A stretch of DNA of 64,000 nucleotides. Origin: an uncultured Francisellaceae bacterium (GTDB lineage: Bacteria; Pseudomonadota; Gammaproteobacteria; UBA6186; Azoamicaceae). A program made the translations under genes and the position numbers. The stretch spans positions 2,297 through 66,296 of the forward strand of contig CAIJNR010000106.1 of NCBI GenBank assembly GCA_903822055.1, read 5' to 3'. Of the stretch, positions 10,741 to 20,090 are shown piece by piece. The notes below the pieces were generated by a model. That model was given only the letters and a program-made list of their open reading frames with translations, did no database searches and was not told the DNA's origin. The stretch's first letter is position 1. Every line of letters begins with the position of its first letter.

Positions 10741-11390
10741 ATTGAAAGCTCGGTAATTTTATTATTACGATGAATTGATAACGATAACTGTTGATTAACA
10801 ACAATTACAGCACCATCTAATGGTGCAAGCCATTTATTTTGGAAACATTCTCCAGTCCAGGCCGCTAGAAGAGGAATTAAAATAGCATCGTGAGAAATCA
10901 TCACACCTAACCCTACCTTAGAATCTAGTAATTTTCTTAAATGTTCAACGAATAATTTAGCACCTTCTTGAGAAGAACGTATCCCGTTAAAACTTTCTCC
11001 TGCAGCAAGTTTTTTTACTAAACATTCTGTACCTAGTGTTGCAAAGAGATGTTGCCCAGCTTTACGGTCAACTACAAATGGTCCAGGATTTCCAAGTAAA
11101 TTATTTTTACTTGATGGTAATTCAGCAAGCAGTGCACCTACCATAAATTGTTCGACAGTCCGTTGAGCACGCAATAATGGACTATAGTGTGCCCATGTTA
11201 AACGTCCTCTCAATCGTTGCCCAAAAGCAACTGCTTGTGCATAACCGAAAGGTGTAAGATCAGTTTCTATACCGTCATCTCCTGGAGCTATTGGTTGTCG
11301 TTCTGCATGACGTAAAAGTAAAACTGCAGGTAGATCGGAAGGTAAAGAATCTATTTCAGTTAATAAGTGTTCTGGAAGATTAAAAGTCAT
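10734..11390 (-). CDS. histidine phosphatase superfamily protein (phosphoglycerate-mutase-like)
   Basis: 218 aa. RH(A/G)xR catalytic motif ..LLLRHAERQP.. and a later ..ISHDAIL.. His. The gene is visibly more GC-rich than its neighbours. Confidence 0.7.
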   Translation of the reverse strand: MTFNLPEHLLTEIDSLPSDLPAVLLLRHAERQPIAPGDDGIETDLTPFGYAQAVAFGQRLRGRLTWAHYSPLLRAQRTVEQFMVGALLAELPSSKNNLLGNPGPFVVDRKAGQHLFATLGTECLVKKLAAGESFNGIRSSQEGAKLFVEHLRKLLDSKVGLGVMISHDAILIPLLAAWTGECFQNKWLAPLDGAVIVVNQQLSLSIHRNNKITELSIC

Positions 11391-11403
11391 TAAAAACCCT
11401 CCT

Positions 11404-12066
11404 TTATATATTTATTCCCCAAAATTTTAAAAGTTCATTACGATCAGCATTTGATAAAGGTTGGATCGGTTTAATAGAATTAGCCAAAACCAATACTTTT
11501 GCATAATGTTCTAATCCTTCTATACGCAAAAAAGTATTCCATATGGTGTCAGACCATGCTACTACACCGTGACGAGGAATAATCGCCCAATTATATTTTT
11601 CAATATAAGGTTCTAAAACTTCTGCTGACTGTTCTGATGATATTCTAGCATATTTGGTAGTAGGAACAGGAGCAACTGTAAGATAAGTTTGATGTAGATC
11701 TATTTCAGCAAGAGAGGCTGCTAATGCGTATGGGCTATGAGTATGAATTATACAACGTATATCTGCACGGTTTTTAAAAATTTTTATGTGTAATCTATAT
11801 TCAGAGGTTGGTTGGCTATTACCACGCAGCAATTTTCCATCAAGATCAGCTATAATTAAAGACTCCGGAGACATAAAACCTTTATGGATACCTGTTGGAG
11901 TTAAGAGGATAGAGTTATCAGACAGACGATAAGATAAATTACCATCTATCGATGAGTTATACCCACGGTCGTACATTAATCTAGCAATTCTAACTAGCTC
12001 TAGACGTGCTTGATCCTCTTCTTGTTCTAATAATTTTTTTTCATCCCGTACTTCATTTATGTCCAT
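11404..12066 (-). CDS. class II aldolase/adducin-family protein (fuculose-P aldolase / ribulose-5-P epimerase / MtnB-like)
   Basis: 220 aa. ..GNLSYRL..ILLTPTG.. and metal-binding His region ..CIIHTHSPYA.., ..PRHGVVAW... Confidence 0.8.
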   Translation of the reverse strand: MDINEVRDEKKLLEQEEDQARLELVRIARLMYDRGYNSSIDGNLSYRLSDNSILLTPTGIHKGFMSPESLIIADLDGKLLRGNSQPTSEYRLHIKIFKNRADIRCIIHTHSPYALAASLAEIDLHQTYLTVAPVPTTKYARISSEQSAEVLEPYIEKYNWAIIPRHGVVAWSDTIWNTFLRIEGLEHYAKVLVLANSIKPIQPLSNADRNELLKFWGINI

Positions 12067-13070
12067 AAGTTATCCCCCATCATAATAAAGCTTTTAAGGC
12101 CAATTAAATTTTATATGACACTATAATATTTTCTATATAGTGTTTACCATAATAAAAATTTAACATCTTAACGGTACTGAAAAGTATTAATAATGATGCT
12201 ACCAGAGAATTATTAGTGAGTAAAGCGAGAATTTTAGATTTGAGTAAGTATTCGATAAGACTCTAGGATATTAAGTATTTTGATTATATTGATCAACAAA
12301 ATTTGATTTACTATTAGTAATTATATTTATTACTTTGTCTAATAATATTGTTAAAAATTTGAAAACACTTAATCTTCTCAACATGATAATTTTCAGCAAT
12401 TTTCAATTTGACTGATCGTCAATTACGAGATTGGTTAATTGGATAGTAAATTATAAATTTGGCAACAATAACAATACAAGGTAAAAAATAAATTATTAAT
12501 CATAAATTTGATATTTTATGGGGAGCTTGATTCTGGATCATATCTACATACTAATATTGCTTTATTCAGTATTGCGATTTTTAAAATTATTCAGTACATT
12601 AAAGGTAAAGGAGAAAAATACTATAAAAAAGATGATTTTAAAATCATCTGAGCTGCAAGTGTATACAAAACTGCGGACCAAAAAAGCTGGTAGTAGTTTA
12701 TTAATTAAAATTAACAAACTACTGAACTATTGATTTTATAAGTTTTGGTAGTGATATTATGAATAATTTGCAATTAAATTGTATGAAAATTCTATTTTAT
12801 TTATTATTTACCATACCTTTATTAAGTTTTGGTAGCGAAAAATTAAATTGGGTTGATTTACCTTGCGATATTTTAACAGATATACTTTATGAATATGATC
12901 TAAATTTTGATAAATTAAATGAACTTACCTAAAAATATCATCTTATAGGTAAGACTGATTGGAGTCAGCTTGATAAGAGAATCAATGCATTACAAGAAAT
13001 TACAAGATATTGTAATGAAATCAAACCTAAAATAAAAGACAAATATTTATTTAATACTGTAAATAAATAT

Positions 13071-13871
13071 TTGAGTATAGCAACAGAAAAAGCTAACTAT
13101 TTACAAAAATTAAAAGAATTAAAACAATATAAGTATAGAAAAATGAAAGCAGATATTTTTAATTTGAATACTATTACAGATTCATATATCCCACTTTTAC
13201 TTAATAATGAGCGTAAATTAGAATACAAAAGTCAAGAATTTTGGGGTCAATATTTTATTGAAGCAATAGATCCATGTCATAGACGTCAATTAATCTCTTA
13301 TTATGATGTGTGGTTAAAAAAATGTAAAAAATGTGAATTATTGGATTTTTTTATATGGCTTGAAGATCAAAATGTTTCAATTTTTTTGCCAACTATTAAT
13401 TTATTATCAGAACAAGAATTGAAAAAATATAGGGTTTTAATAAAAAACGGTAAATTTTATTCAGTAGATGGCAAATTAATAACTACTACAGAACATTCTA
13501 TCAATCCATACTACTTTAAAAATCAAAAATTTATTACTGCAGTTAATTTTAAAAAAGAACCTATATTTATAATTGATGTCAATCAACACGTGTTTTTAAC
13601 ATATAGTGATGAAAATAATGCTCATGTTACATTAAGTCATTACTTACCATTAATTGGTAGTGGTAAGCTTTATTTACGTAATGGTGAGGTAAAAAAAATT
13701 TCATTTGAAAGTGGTCATTATCTTCCTAAAATGGAACACTTTATTCAGACAATACGGTTTTTCGAAGATAATGGTGTTCATTTGGATAATAATGTAGATG
13801 TTATTTATTACATAAAATATAAAGATTATACTAATAAGTTAAGAGAGTTTAAACAGAAATATATGAGCTAA
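13071..13871 (+). CDS. hypothetical protein (possibly the 3' part of a gene broken by an in-frame TAA at 12930)
   Basis: 266-aa ORF starting at TTG. The same frame is open back to 12933 and continues, across a single TAA, an ATG-initiated 57-codon ORF at 12759. No domain recognised. Confidence 0.5.
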   Translation: MSIATEKANYLQKLKELKQYKYRKMKADIFNLNTITDSYIPLLLNNERKLEYKSQEFWGQYFIEAIDPCHRRQLISYYDVWLKKCKKCELLDFFIWLEDQNVSIFLPTINLLSEQELKKYRVLIKNGKFYSVDGKLITTTEHSINPYYFKNQKFITAVNFKKEPIFIIDVNQHVFLTYSDENNAHVTLSHYLPLIGSGKLYLRNGEVKKISFESGHYLPKMEHFIQTIRFFEDNGVHLDNNVDVIYYIKYKDYTNKLREFKQKYMS

Positions 13872-13931
13872 AATTTGATTTAATTGTTTGAAAATTTATA
13901 TATTATTATTAATTTTATAATAAGGTGATCA

Positions 13932-14870
13932 ATGTCAAAAAATAAAATTTTAATTACTGGTTCTAAGGGATTAATCGGTTCGGCATTAAAAAAACGATTA
14001 CATACTTTTGATCTTCACGTTAAAGGTATAGACAACTCTTACCCTATCAATCATTTAGAATATGGGGATATTCAAGATATAGAGTTGCTAAAAAAATTAG
14101 TTTATGAATGTTCAGGGATCATCCATTTAGCTGGAATATCTCGGGTAATTACTGGAGAAACAAATCCATCACTTTGTTGGAGTCTTAATGTGGACAGTAC
14201 TAAAAAGTTACTTGAAATTGCTAAAAATTCGCCTAGTAATCCTTGGGTAATTTATGCAAGTAGTCGGGAAGTTTATGGTCAACAAGAAAAATTACCAGTA
14301 AAAGAAAATGCTTCTTTACTTCCTTTAAATGTCTATGCTAAATCTAAATTGGCTGCTGAAAAATTAATGTTAAGTTATAGAAAAACAGGACTACAAGTGG
14401 CCGTCATCCGTTTTTCGAATGTCTATGGCTCTCCATATGATCATTCTGACCGGGTTATTCCAGCTTTTTGTAAAGCAGCTGCCTTTGGTGGAATCATTCG
14501 TATAGATGGCGCTCATAATACCTTTGATTTTACTTATATTGATGACGTTATTACGGGTGTTGTAAAAGTTATTAATAAATTACAGAGTGGGTGTTTTGAT
14601 TTGCCAATACTCCATTTTAGCAGCGGTCAAAGCACTACTTTATTACAAGTAGCTACATTAGCAAAAAATATTAGTGATCAGAAAATAGAATTTTTACACA
14701 CACCTTCTCGTTCTTTTGATGTTAGTACGTTTTGTGGTGATCCTTTTTTGGCCAATAAAGTATTGGATTGGCGGACAAAAATTAACATTAAAGAAGGTAT
14801 ATACAGATTAGTTAAGGATTTTAAGATAGAAATGTTTCATTATAATTCTTTGTCATCCTGCAGTATATGA
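13932..14870 (+). CDS. NAD-dependent epimerase/dehydratase (extended SDR)
   Basis: 312 aa. Rossmann motif ..ITGSKGLIGSAL.. and catalytic YxxxK (..YAKSKLAAE..). Confidence 0.9.
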   Translation: MSKNKILITGSKGLIGSALKKRLHTFDLHVKGIDNSYPINHLEYGDIQDIELLKKLVYECSGIIHLAGISRVITGETNPSLCWSLNVDSTKKLLEIAKNSPSNPWVIYASSREVYGQQEKLPVKENASLLPLNVYAKSKLAAEKLMLSYRKTGLQVAVIRFSNVYGSPYDHSDRVIPAFCKAAAFGGIIRIDGAHNTFDFTYIDDVITGVVKVINKLQSGCFDLPILHFSSGQSTTLLQVATLAKNISDQKIEFLHTPSRSFDVSTFCGDPFLANKVLDWRTKINIKEGIYRLVKDFKIEMFHYNSLSSCSI

Positions 14871-16168
14871 AAATATTAAAAGTTATACATGGTTACCCGT
14901 CACTTTATAATGCTGGTTCGGAAGTTTATAGTCAATTGCTTTGTCATGGTTTGGCTCTAAATCATGAAGTTCATGTATTTACGAGAGAAGAAAATTCTTT
15001 TGCTAAAGATTTCTCTTTGAGACAATCACAAGATCCAGTTAATTCTGAGATTACTTTACATATTATTAATATACCAGTTGAAAAATTTCGTTATCGTTAT
15101 CAACATGATCAAGTAGATCAAATTTTTATAAAAATCTTACTTCAAATAAAGCCTGATGTTGTACATATTGGTCATTTAAACCATTTATCTACTGGTTTGA
15201 TATTTGAGATTGCTAAACATAATATTCCTATTGTTTATACTTTACATGATTATTGGTTAATGTGCCCGCGTGGACAATTTATTCAAAGAAATTCTTTAAA
15301 TAAAGAAGATTTATGGGCTCTTTGTGATGGACAAAATAATAAAAAATGTGCTACACAATGTTATGCTGGTTATTTTTCAGGAGCTTCTAATGAAATACCT
15401 ATCGATATAGCTTACTGGGAAGATTGGGTAAACCGACGAATGGTGAATATACGTAAGATTACTCAACACATTGATTGTTTTATTGCTCCATCATATTATC
15501 TTTATAATCGATATGTTCAGGAATTTAATTTACCTAAAAATAAAATAATTTATTTAGATTACGGTTTTGATTTACAACGTTTAAAAAATCGTAAACGAAT
15601 ATCAAACGATCCGTTTACATTTGGCTATATTGGAACCCATATACCGGCTAAAGGGATCCAAATTTTAATTTCTGCATTTGCGTTATTAAAAGGTAATAGT
15701 AAACTTAGGATCTGGGGTCGTCATAGATCACAAAGTACAGATGGATTGTATGCAATTGCATCTAACTTACCTTTGGTAATACAAAAACGTATTGAGTGGT
15801 TACATGAATATAGTAATGAACACATTATTAGAGATGTGTTTAATTACTTAGATTGTGTTGTTGTGCCATCTATTTGGGTAGAAAATTCTCCTCTAGTTAT
15901 TCATGAATCTTTACAAGTTAGGATCCCTGTAATTACAGCTAATGTAGGCGGTATGGCAGAATATATACGTCATGAAGAGAATGGTTTGTTATTTAAACAT
16001 CGTTGCATTTCTAGTCTAGCATGCCAAATGCAACGATTGGCTGATAACCCTAGATTTGCTGAGCAATTAGGGGTTAGAGGTTACTTACAATCAGATAACG
16101 GTGATATTCCTAGCTTAACTGTACATACTGCAGCTATTGAAAATATTTATCATAATTTATTACGTTAA
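14867..16168 (+). CDS. glycosyltransferase, GT-B fold (GT4-like)
   Basis: 433 aa. C-terminal E-x7-E-type region ..VENSPLVIHESLQVRIPVITANVGGMAEYIRHEENGLLF... 4-nt ATGA overlap with the epimerase gene. Confidence 0.85.
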   Translation: MKILKVIHGYPSLYNAGSEVYSQLLCHGLALNHEVHVFTREENSFAKDFSLRQSQDPVNSEITLHIINIPVEKFRYRYQHDQVDQIFIKILLQIKPDVVHIGHLNHLSTGLIFEIAKHNIPIVYTLHDYWLMCPRGQFIQRNSLNKEDLWALCDGQNNKKCATQCYAGYFSGASNEIPIDIAYWEDWVNRRMVNIRKITQHIDCFIAPSYYLYNRYVQEFNLPKNKIIYLDYGFDLQRLKNRKRISNDPFTFGYIGTHIPAKGIQILISAFALLKGNSKLRIWGRHRSQSTDGLYAIASNLPLVIQKRIEWLHEYSNEHIIRDVFNYLDCVVVPSIWVENSPLVIHESLQVRIPVITANVGGMAEYIRHEENGLLFKHRCISSLACQMQRLADNPRFAEQLGVRGYLQSDNGDIPSLTVHTAAIENIYHNLLR

Positions 16169-16208
16169 AATGGTTAATTTAAACTAAAATTTATGAACGA
16201 GGTTATTT

Positions 16209-17285
16209 GTGAAAAATCGACGAGGTCCTTGGCGTATTACTTTTGATACTAATCCTGATGATTGTAATCTAAGTTGTATTATGTGCGAAGATCACTCTCT
16301 ATATAGTACAACACAGAAAGATCGAATTGCTTCTGGTATCGGTAAGCGACGTATGGATGTTGATTTAATTAGGAGGATTTTAGCTGAAACCAGAGGAAGT
16401 TCTATCCGTGAAATTATCCCATCGACCATGGGTGAACCATTGCTTTATAAACATTTTGAAGAAATAATTGAGCTTTGTAAAAGCTATAATCTTAAGTTAA
16501 ATTTAACCACTAATGGTACATTTCCACGAAGAGGCGTAGAAGCTTGGGCAAAGTTAATTGTTCCTGTCACTTCTGATACCAAAATTTCTTGGAATGGTGC
16601 TAGTAAAATAGTACAAGAAAAAATTATGTTAGGCACCAAATGGGAAAAAGTTCTTGATAATATTAAAAAATTTATCTCTATTCGTAATGAAATGTTTAAA
16701 TTAAACGATCATTATTGCAAAGTAACGCTACAACTAACTTTCCTAGAAACAAATATTCATGAATTAGCTGATATCGTACAACTTGGAATTAATTTAGGAA
16801 TTGATCGTATTAAAGGACATCATTTATGGACACATTTTGATGAAATTAAGCAATTATCTATGCGTAGAAATAAAGAAGCAATTTCACGTTGGAATAAGGC
16901 AGTAATCCAGGCTAAGAATATAGCTAATAATAAGCTATTACCGAATGGTAAATTTATTAAATTGGAGAATATCTATTTATTAGATGAACATGCAGATCAG
17001 GATTTAATACCTGGCAGTGAATGTCCATTTTTAGGGAAGGAAGCTTGGGTTGCAACCAATGGTAGATTTAGCCCATGTTGTGCTCCTGATAAGGAGAGAC
17101 GCAAGCTGGGAGATTTTGGGAGTCTAGTTAATAAAACTTTAGATGAAATTTGGAATAGTTCTCAATATCAATCTCTTTGCAAAAATTATATACAACACGA
17201 TGTGTGCAAAAGTTGCAATATGAGAAAAACGATGAATATTACAGATGATGGTGTCAAAAATAAAGTCGCGGGTGAAATTTTATGA
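16209..17285 (+). CDS. radical SAM/SPASM-domain enzyme
   Basis: 358 aa with a GTG start. ..DDCNLSCIMCED.. (CxxxCxxC), ..TMGEPLLY.., and a C-terminal Cys cluster (..CPFLG..SPCCAPD..CKSCNM..). Confidence 0.85.
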   Translation: MKNRRGPWRITFDTNPDDCNLSCIMCEDHSLYSTTQKDRIASGIGKRRMDVDLIRRILAETRGSSIREIIPSTMGEPLLYKHFEEIIELCKSYNLKLNLTTNGTFPRRGVEAWAKLIVPVTSDTKISWNGASKIVQEKIMLGTKWEKVLDNIKKFISIRNEMFKLNDHYCKVTLQLTFLETNIHELADIVQLGINLGIDRIKGHHLWTHFDEIKQLSMRRNKEAISRWNKAVIQAKNIANNKLLPNGKFIKLENIYLLDEHADQDLIPGSECPFLGKEAWVATNGRFSPCCAPDKERRKLGDFGSLVNKTLDEIWNSSQYQSLCKNYIQHDVCKSCNMRKTMNITDDGVKNKVAGEIL

Positions 17286-18013
17286 ATGATCAAATAATTT
17301 GGCAAAACATTAGAGTATCACCCTGTGAGACTTTCCATTTATATAATGGTAAACCATTATATAGTCAACGTTATTGCCATGTTATGAAGTATCACAATCC
17401 TGGATTAGCGTCAGCAAAAAATGATGTTCATGCATTTCATGTTAATATTAAAGGGTTACCAGCTTATTCTAATAGATTTATTGAAACATTTGGTTTTTAT
17501 GAGTATTTAGCAGCAGTTAAAAATGAAGAAGGTTGGTTTCATATTACACCTAAAGGTAAAGCTATTTATTCAACGCGTTATAAATGGTGTGGTAATTTTC
17601 AAGAAGGGTTTTGTCCAGTTAAAGATCAAATTGGCTATTATTTTCATATCAATTCTGAAGGTAAAAAAAGTTATCTAGAAAAATATAATTATGTTGGAGA
17701 TTTTAAAGAAGGAATTGCTGTTGTTTGTAATGAGTTGGGATTGCATACTCATATAGATTATAAAGGAAACTTTATTCATGAAAAATGGTTCATAGATTTG
17801 GATGTTTTTCATAAAGGTTTTGCAAGAGCTAAAAATGAAGAAGGTTGGCTTCATATAAATAAAAATGGTAAACCTATCTATGATGAACTTTACCTAATGA
17901 TCGAACCTTTTTATAATGGTATAGCGCGTGTAGAAACTAAATATAAGGAATTACTTTTAATAACCCAAAGTGGAGATAAAGTTTGTACTTTACGCAAAGC
18001 ATTTAAACGATAG
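17282..18013 (+). CDS. WG-repeat (KWG-type beta-repeat) protein
   Basis: 243 aa with at least five repeats of the form (E/K)G(F/I/L)A.V..(E/N)..GW..I(N/T)..GK.IY. 4-nt overlap with the upstream radical SAM gene. Confidence 0.75.
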   Translation: MNDQIIWQNIRVSPCETFHLYNGKPLYSQRYCHVMKYHNPGLASAKNDVHAFHVNIKGLPAYSNRFIETFGFYEYLAAVKNEEGWFHITPKGKAIYSTRYKWCGNFQEGFCPVKDQIGYYFHINSEGKKSYLEKYNYVGDFKEGIAVVCNELGLHTHIDYKGNFIHEKWFIDLDVFHKGFARAKNEEGWLHINKNGKPIYDELYLMIEPFYNGIARVETKYKELLLITQSGDKVCTLRKAFKR

Positions 18014-18147
18014 GACGAGTATTTCTTCGCAAATTGGCTCCAACTTGATGATATGGAACGCCACCTATTAAATCGGCTTCAAAAAGGGCCAAAATAGAAA
18101 TATTTAATTAACTATTTAAATATAGGAGAAGCATTCCATGGGTAATA

Positions 18148-18912
18148 TTAACTTATTAGCGATTGATTTGGCGTTATCTTTTTACTAGTATCATGCTTTG
18201 TTGTAGGAATTGCCGATGAATTAGAAGAATACACAGCATGTTCTAGTGGTGAAACAAAAGTGCCAAAACTAGAGGAACTACTTGCCGCTGTTTTTGGTTT
18301 AGATTCTTTCGTTGCAGTTTGAACGCTTGGTTGAGTATATGTAGTACTTAATATGGCAGTGCTCGATACTATTTTATACCCCCCCAAATTAATTTTAATT
18401 TTTTGGTTAGCCATTGACGAAGGAACATTATTATAAGATAAATCTAATTCCAAAATAGCATGATTTTTTTCTAACAGTTGCTTCAGCTTTTTTCCTCCTA
18501 GTTCCGAAATATTATTACTACTTAAATTAATGCTAGTGATATGAACGTTGTCAGCTAATGCCCAAGCTAACCAATCGGCACCTCTATCAGAAATATTATT
18601 ATTACTTAAATTTAAAGATTTAATAGCAGCATTATCTTTATATATGGACATAGCTAACTTCTTAATATCACAGTCATTTAAAATTTTATTACTTAAATCA
18701 AGATTTTTGGTTTGTTGTGTTCGTATTACAGTTCTAGAAGTATAAGAAAAACTACCAGAACTAGAATCAGAAAAACTACTTGCAGGTAGTTTTGGTTTAA
18801 GTTCCGTTGATGTAATTTTACATACAGGGTACGTTGTAATGTCTTGTCTATTTTGTATTTGTGAAGTACATGAGGTAGCCCTACTTTTATTTGATGAAAA
18901 TAGCTGTCCCAT
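18148..18912 (-). CDS. leucine-rich-repeat protein (ribonuclease-inhibitor/NLR-type LRR), effector-like
   Basis: 254 aa. Repeats ..IKSLNLSNNNISDRGADWLAWAL.., ..ITSINLSSNNISELGGKKLKQLL.., ..ILELDLSYNN... Ser/Thr-rich flanks and N-terminus MGQLFSS. Confidence 0.75.
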   Translation of the reverse strand: MGQLFSSNKSRATSCTSQIQNRQDITTYPVCKITSTELKPKLPASSFSDSSSGSFSYTSRTVIRTQQTKNLDLSNKILNDCDIKKLAMSIYKDNAAIKSLNLSNNNISDRGADWLAWALADNVHITSINLSSNNISELGGKKLKQLLEKNHAILELDLSYNNVPSSMANQKIKINLGGYKIVSSTAILSTTYTQPSVQTATKESKPKTAASSSSSFGTFVSPLEHAVYSSNSSAIPTTKHDTSKKITPNQSLIS

Positions 18913-19340
18913 TTAAGACTCACTACTACTACAAAAATTAATCATAACCTTCCATTAATGCTTAACATTTTATTAAAAAAATCTTAAAAATTAATAGTAA
19001 AAAATACTATCAAATTAACTATTACTACCTACAAAAACTTATTTAAATTTATCAATAATTTTTTTTAGTTAATTAATTATTTTTATAATTTTTAAAAAAA
19101 ACGTAATAATATCAACCTGTAAATTTATTTTTACTATAATTTCACTATTAATGCAACATCCATGTTGAGAGTGTGTCAAACCAAAATGAAAATGTCCAAA
19201 ACATCTTCGCCAAGAGTGCGACAGCTTTAAAAATGCTTTTTCTGTAAATTTATCTAATCCAACCATTACCATTCAGGAAAAATTTTGTAAATTTTTGGTG
19301 TTATAGTGGTGTTCAATAAACGAAGGTTTTCTTTTCATCG

Positions 19341-19718
19341 CTATCCATCAATCTTAGATTTAAATAGTTCACAATTTACTTTTAGTTTACCATACGGTAT
19401 TACAGGAATTAATTCTTTACCATGTCCAGTTTTTAATTCTACTAATCCATATTGTTGCAATGTTTTTAAAGTTCTAGATAAGTTACTTTTTTGTCGCCCA
19501 GATATAGCTGCTAATTCCTTGATGTTTTTCGGCTCCTTTTTAGCAATAATTTCTAATAGTACTTTATTTTTAGTAGATAACACTTGTGCTAATGATTCTA
19601 TAGAAGAAAACCAAACTTTAGGATCACGTTTAGTAACTTTTAGTTCTCCTTTAGCAACAGCCATTGTCATTGCTTTAATTTGTTTGTATGAAGCTATGCC
19701 GATAGTTAATGTTTTCAT
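19341..19718 (-). CDS. wHTH (MarR-like) DNA-binding protein, candidate antitoxin (TumA-like)
   Basis: 125 aa. ..NIKELAAISGRQKSNLSRTLKTLQQYGLVE.. HTH. The start abuts the stop of the upstream 116-aa gene. Confidence 0.55.
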   Translation of the reverse strand: MKTLTIGIASYKQIKAMTMAVAKGELKVTKRDPKVWFSSIESLAQVLSTKNKVLLEIIAKKEPKNIKELAAISGRQKSNLSRTLKTLQQYGLVELKTGHGKELIPVIPYGKLKVNCELFKSKIDG

Positions 19719-20069
19719 TTAATTAATCCTCCTTTTTAAAATTAGATCTACATCTTTCCAAAAATCGGCTAGTAATTGCTCGGCATTTTGGTAGGTGTAT
19801 CTAATAATTCTCGCACCCTTATGCTTATGATCAGCTGGAACGTCAATGTTAGTTTTTGGTATTCTGTGAGCATTATCGTAGCCAAGCAATCGCTGACCAT
19901 CAGGATCATGTAATGTTAACGAATACTTTATGCCATAAAGTTTATTGTGAGTTGGAGTTTTAATTTTTATAGCATTCATTTTAACCCATAACCCTTGCCC
20001 AACTTCCACAATCATGCCATCCAAATCTAATAACGTTTCTAAAGTATAATCATGGTTATAATCACTCAT
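19719..20069 (-). CDS. DUF6516/TumE-like protein, candidate toxin
   Basis: 116 aa. ..YSLTLHDPDGQRLLGYDNAH......HKH.. matches my recollection of the TumE family. Paired head-to-tail with the wHTH gene. Confidence 0.5.
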   Translation of the reverse strand: MSDYNHDYTLETLLDLDGMIVEVGQGLWVKMNAIKIKTPTHNKLYGIKYSLTLHDPDGQRLLGYDNAHRIPKTNIDVPADHKHKGARIIRYTYQNAEQLLADFWKDVDLILKRRIN

Positions 20070-20090
20070 ATTTAGTTAAGTATAGCACAA

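Noticed and set aside
12067-12760. A RiPP precursor peptide or small regulatory gene upstream of the radical SAM operon, including the 71-aa ORF at 12518..12733.
   Set aside because: I read both strands and found only very short or Lys/Leu-rich low-complexity ORFs. None had a convincing RBS or a Cys/Ser/Thr-rich core. There is not enough evidence to call one.
18726-18923. 65-aa minus-strand ORF overlapping the start of the LRR gene.
   Set aside because: It is an out-of-frame overlap with the better-supported MGQLFSS.. start and has no independent signals.
19306-19722. 138-aa plus-strand ORF.
   Set aside because: It is fully antisense to the wHTH antitoxin-like gene, and the product is Cys/Phe/Ser-rich and low in complexity. 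It is a shadow ORF.
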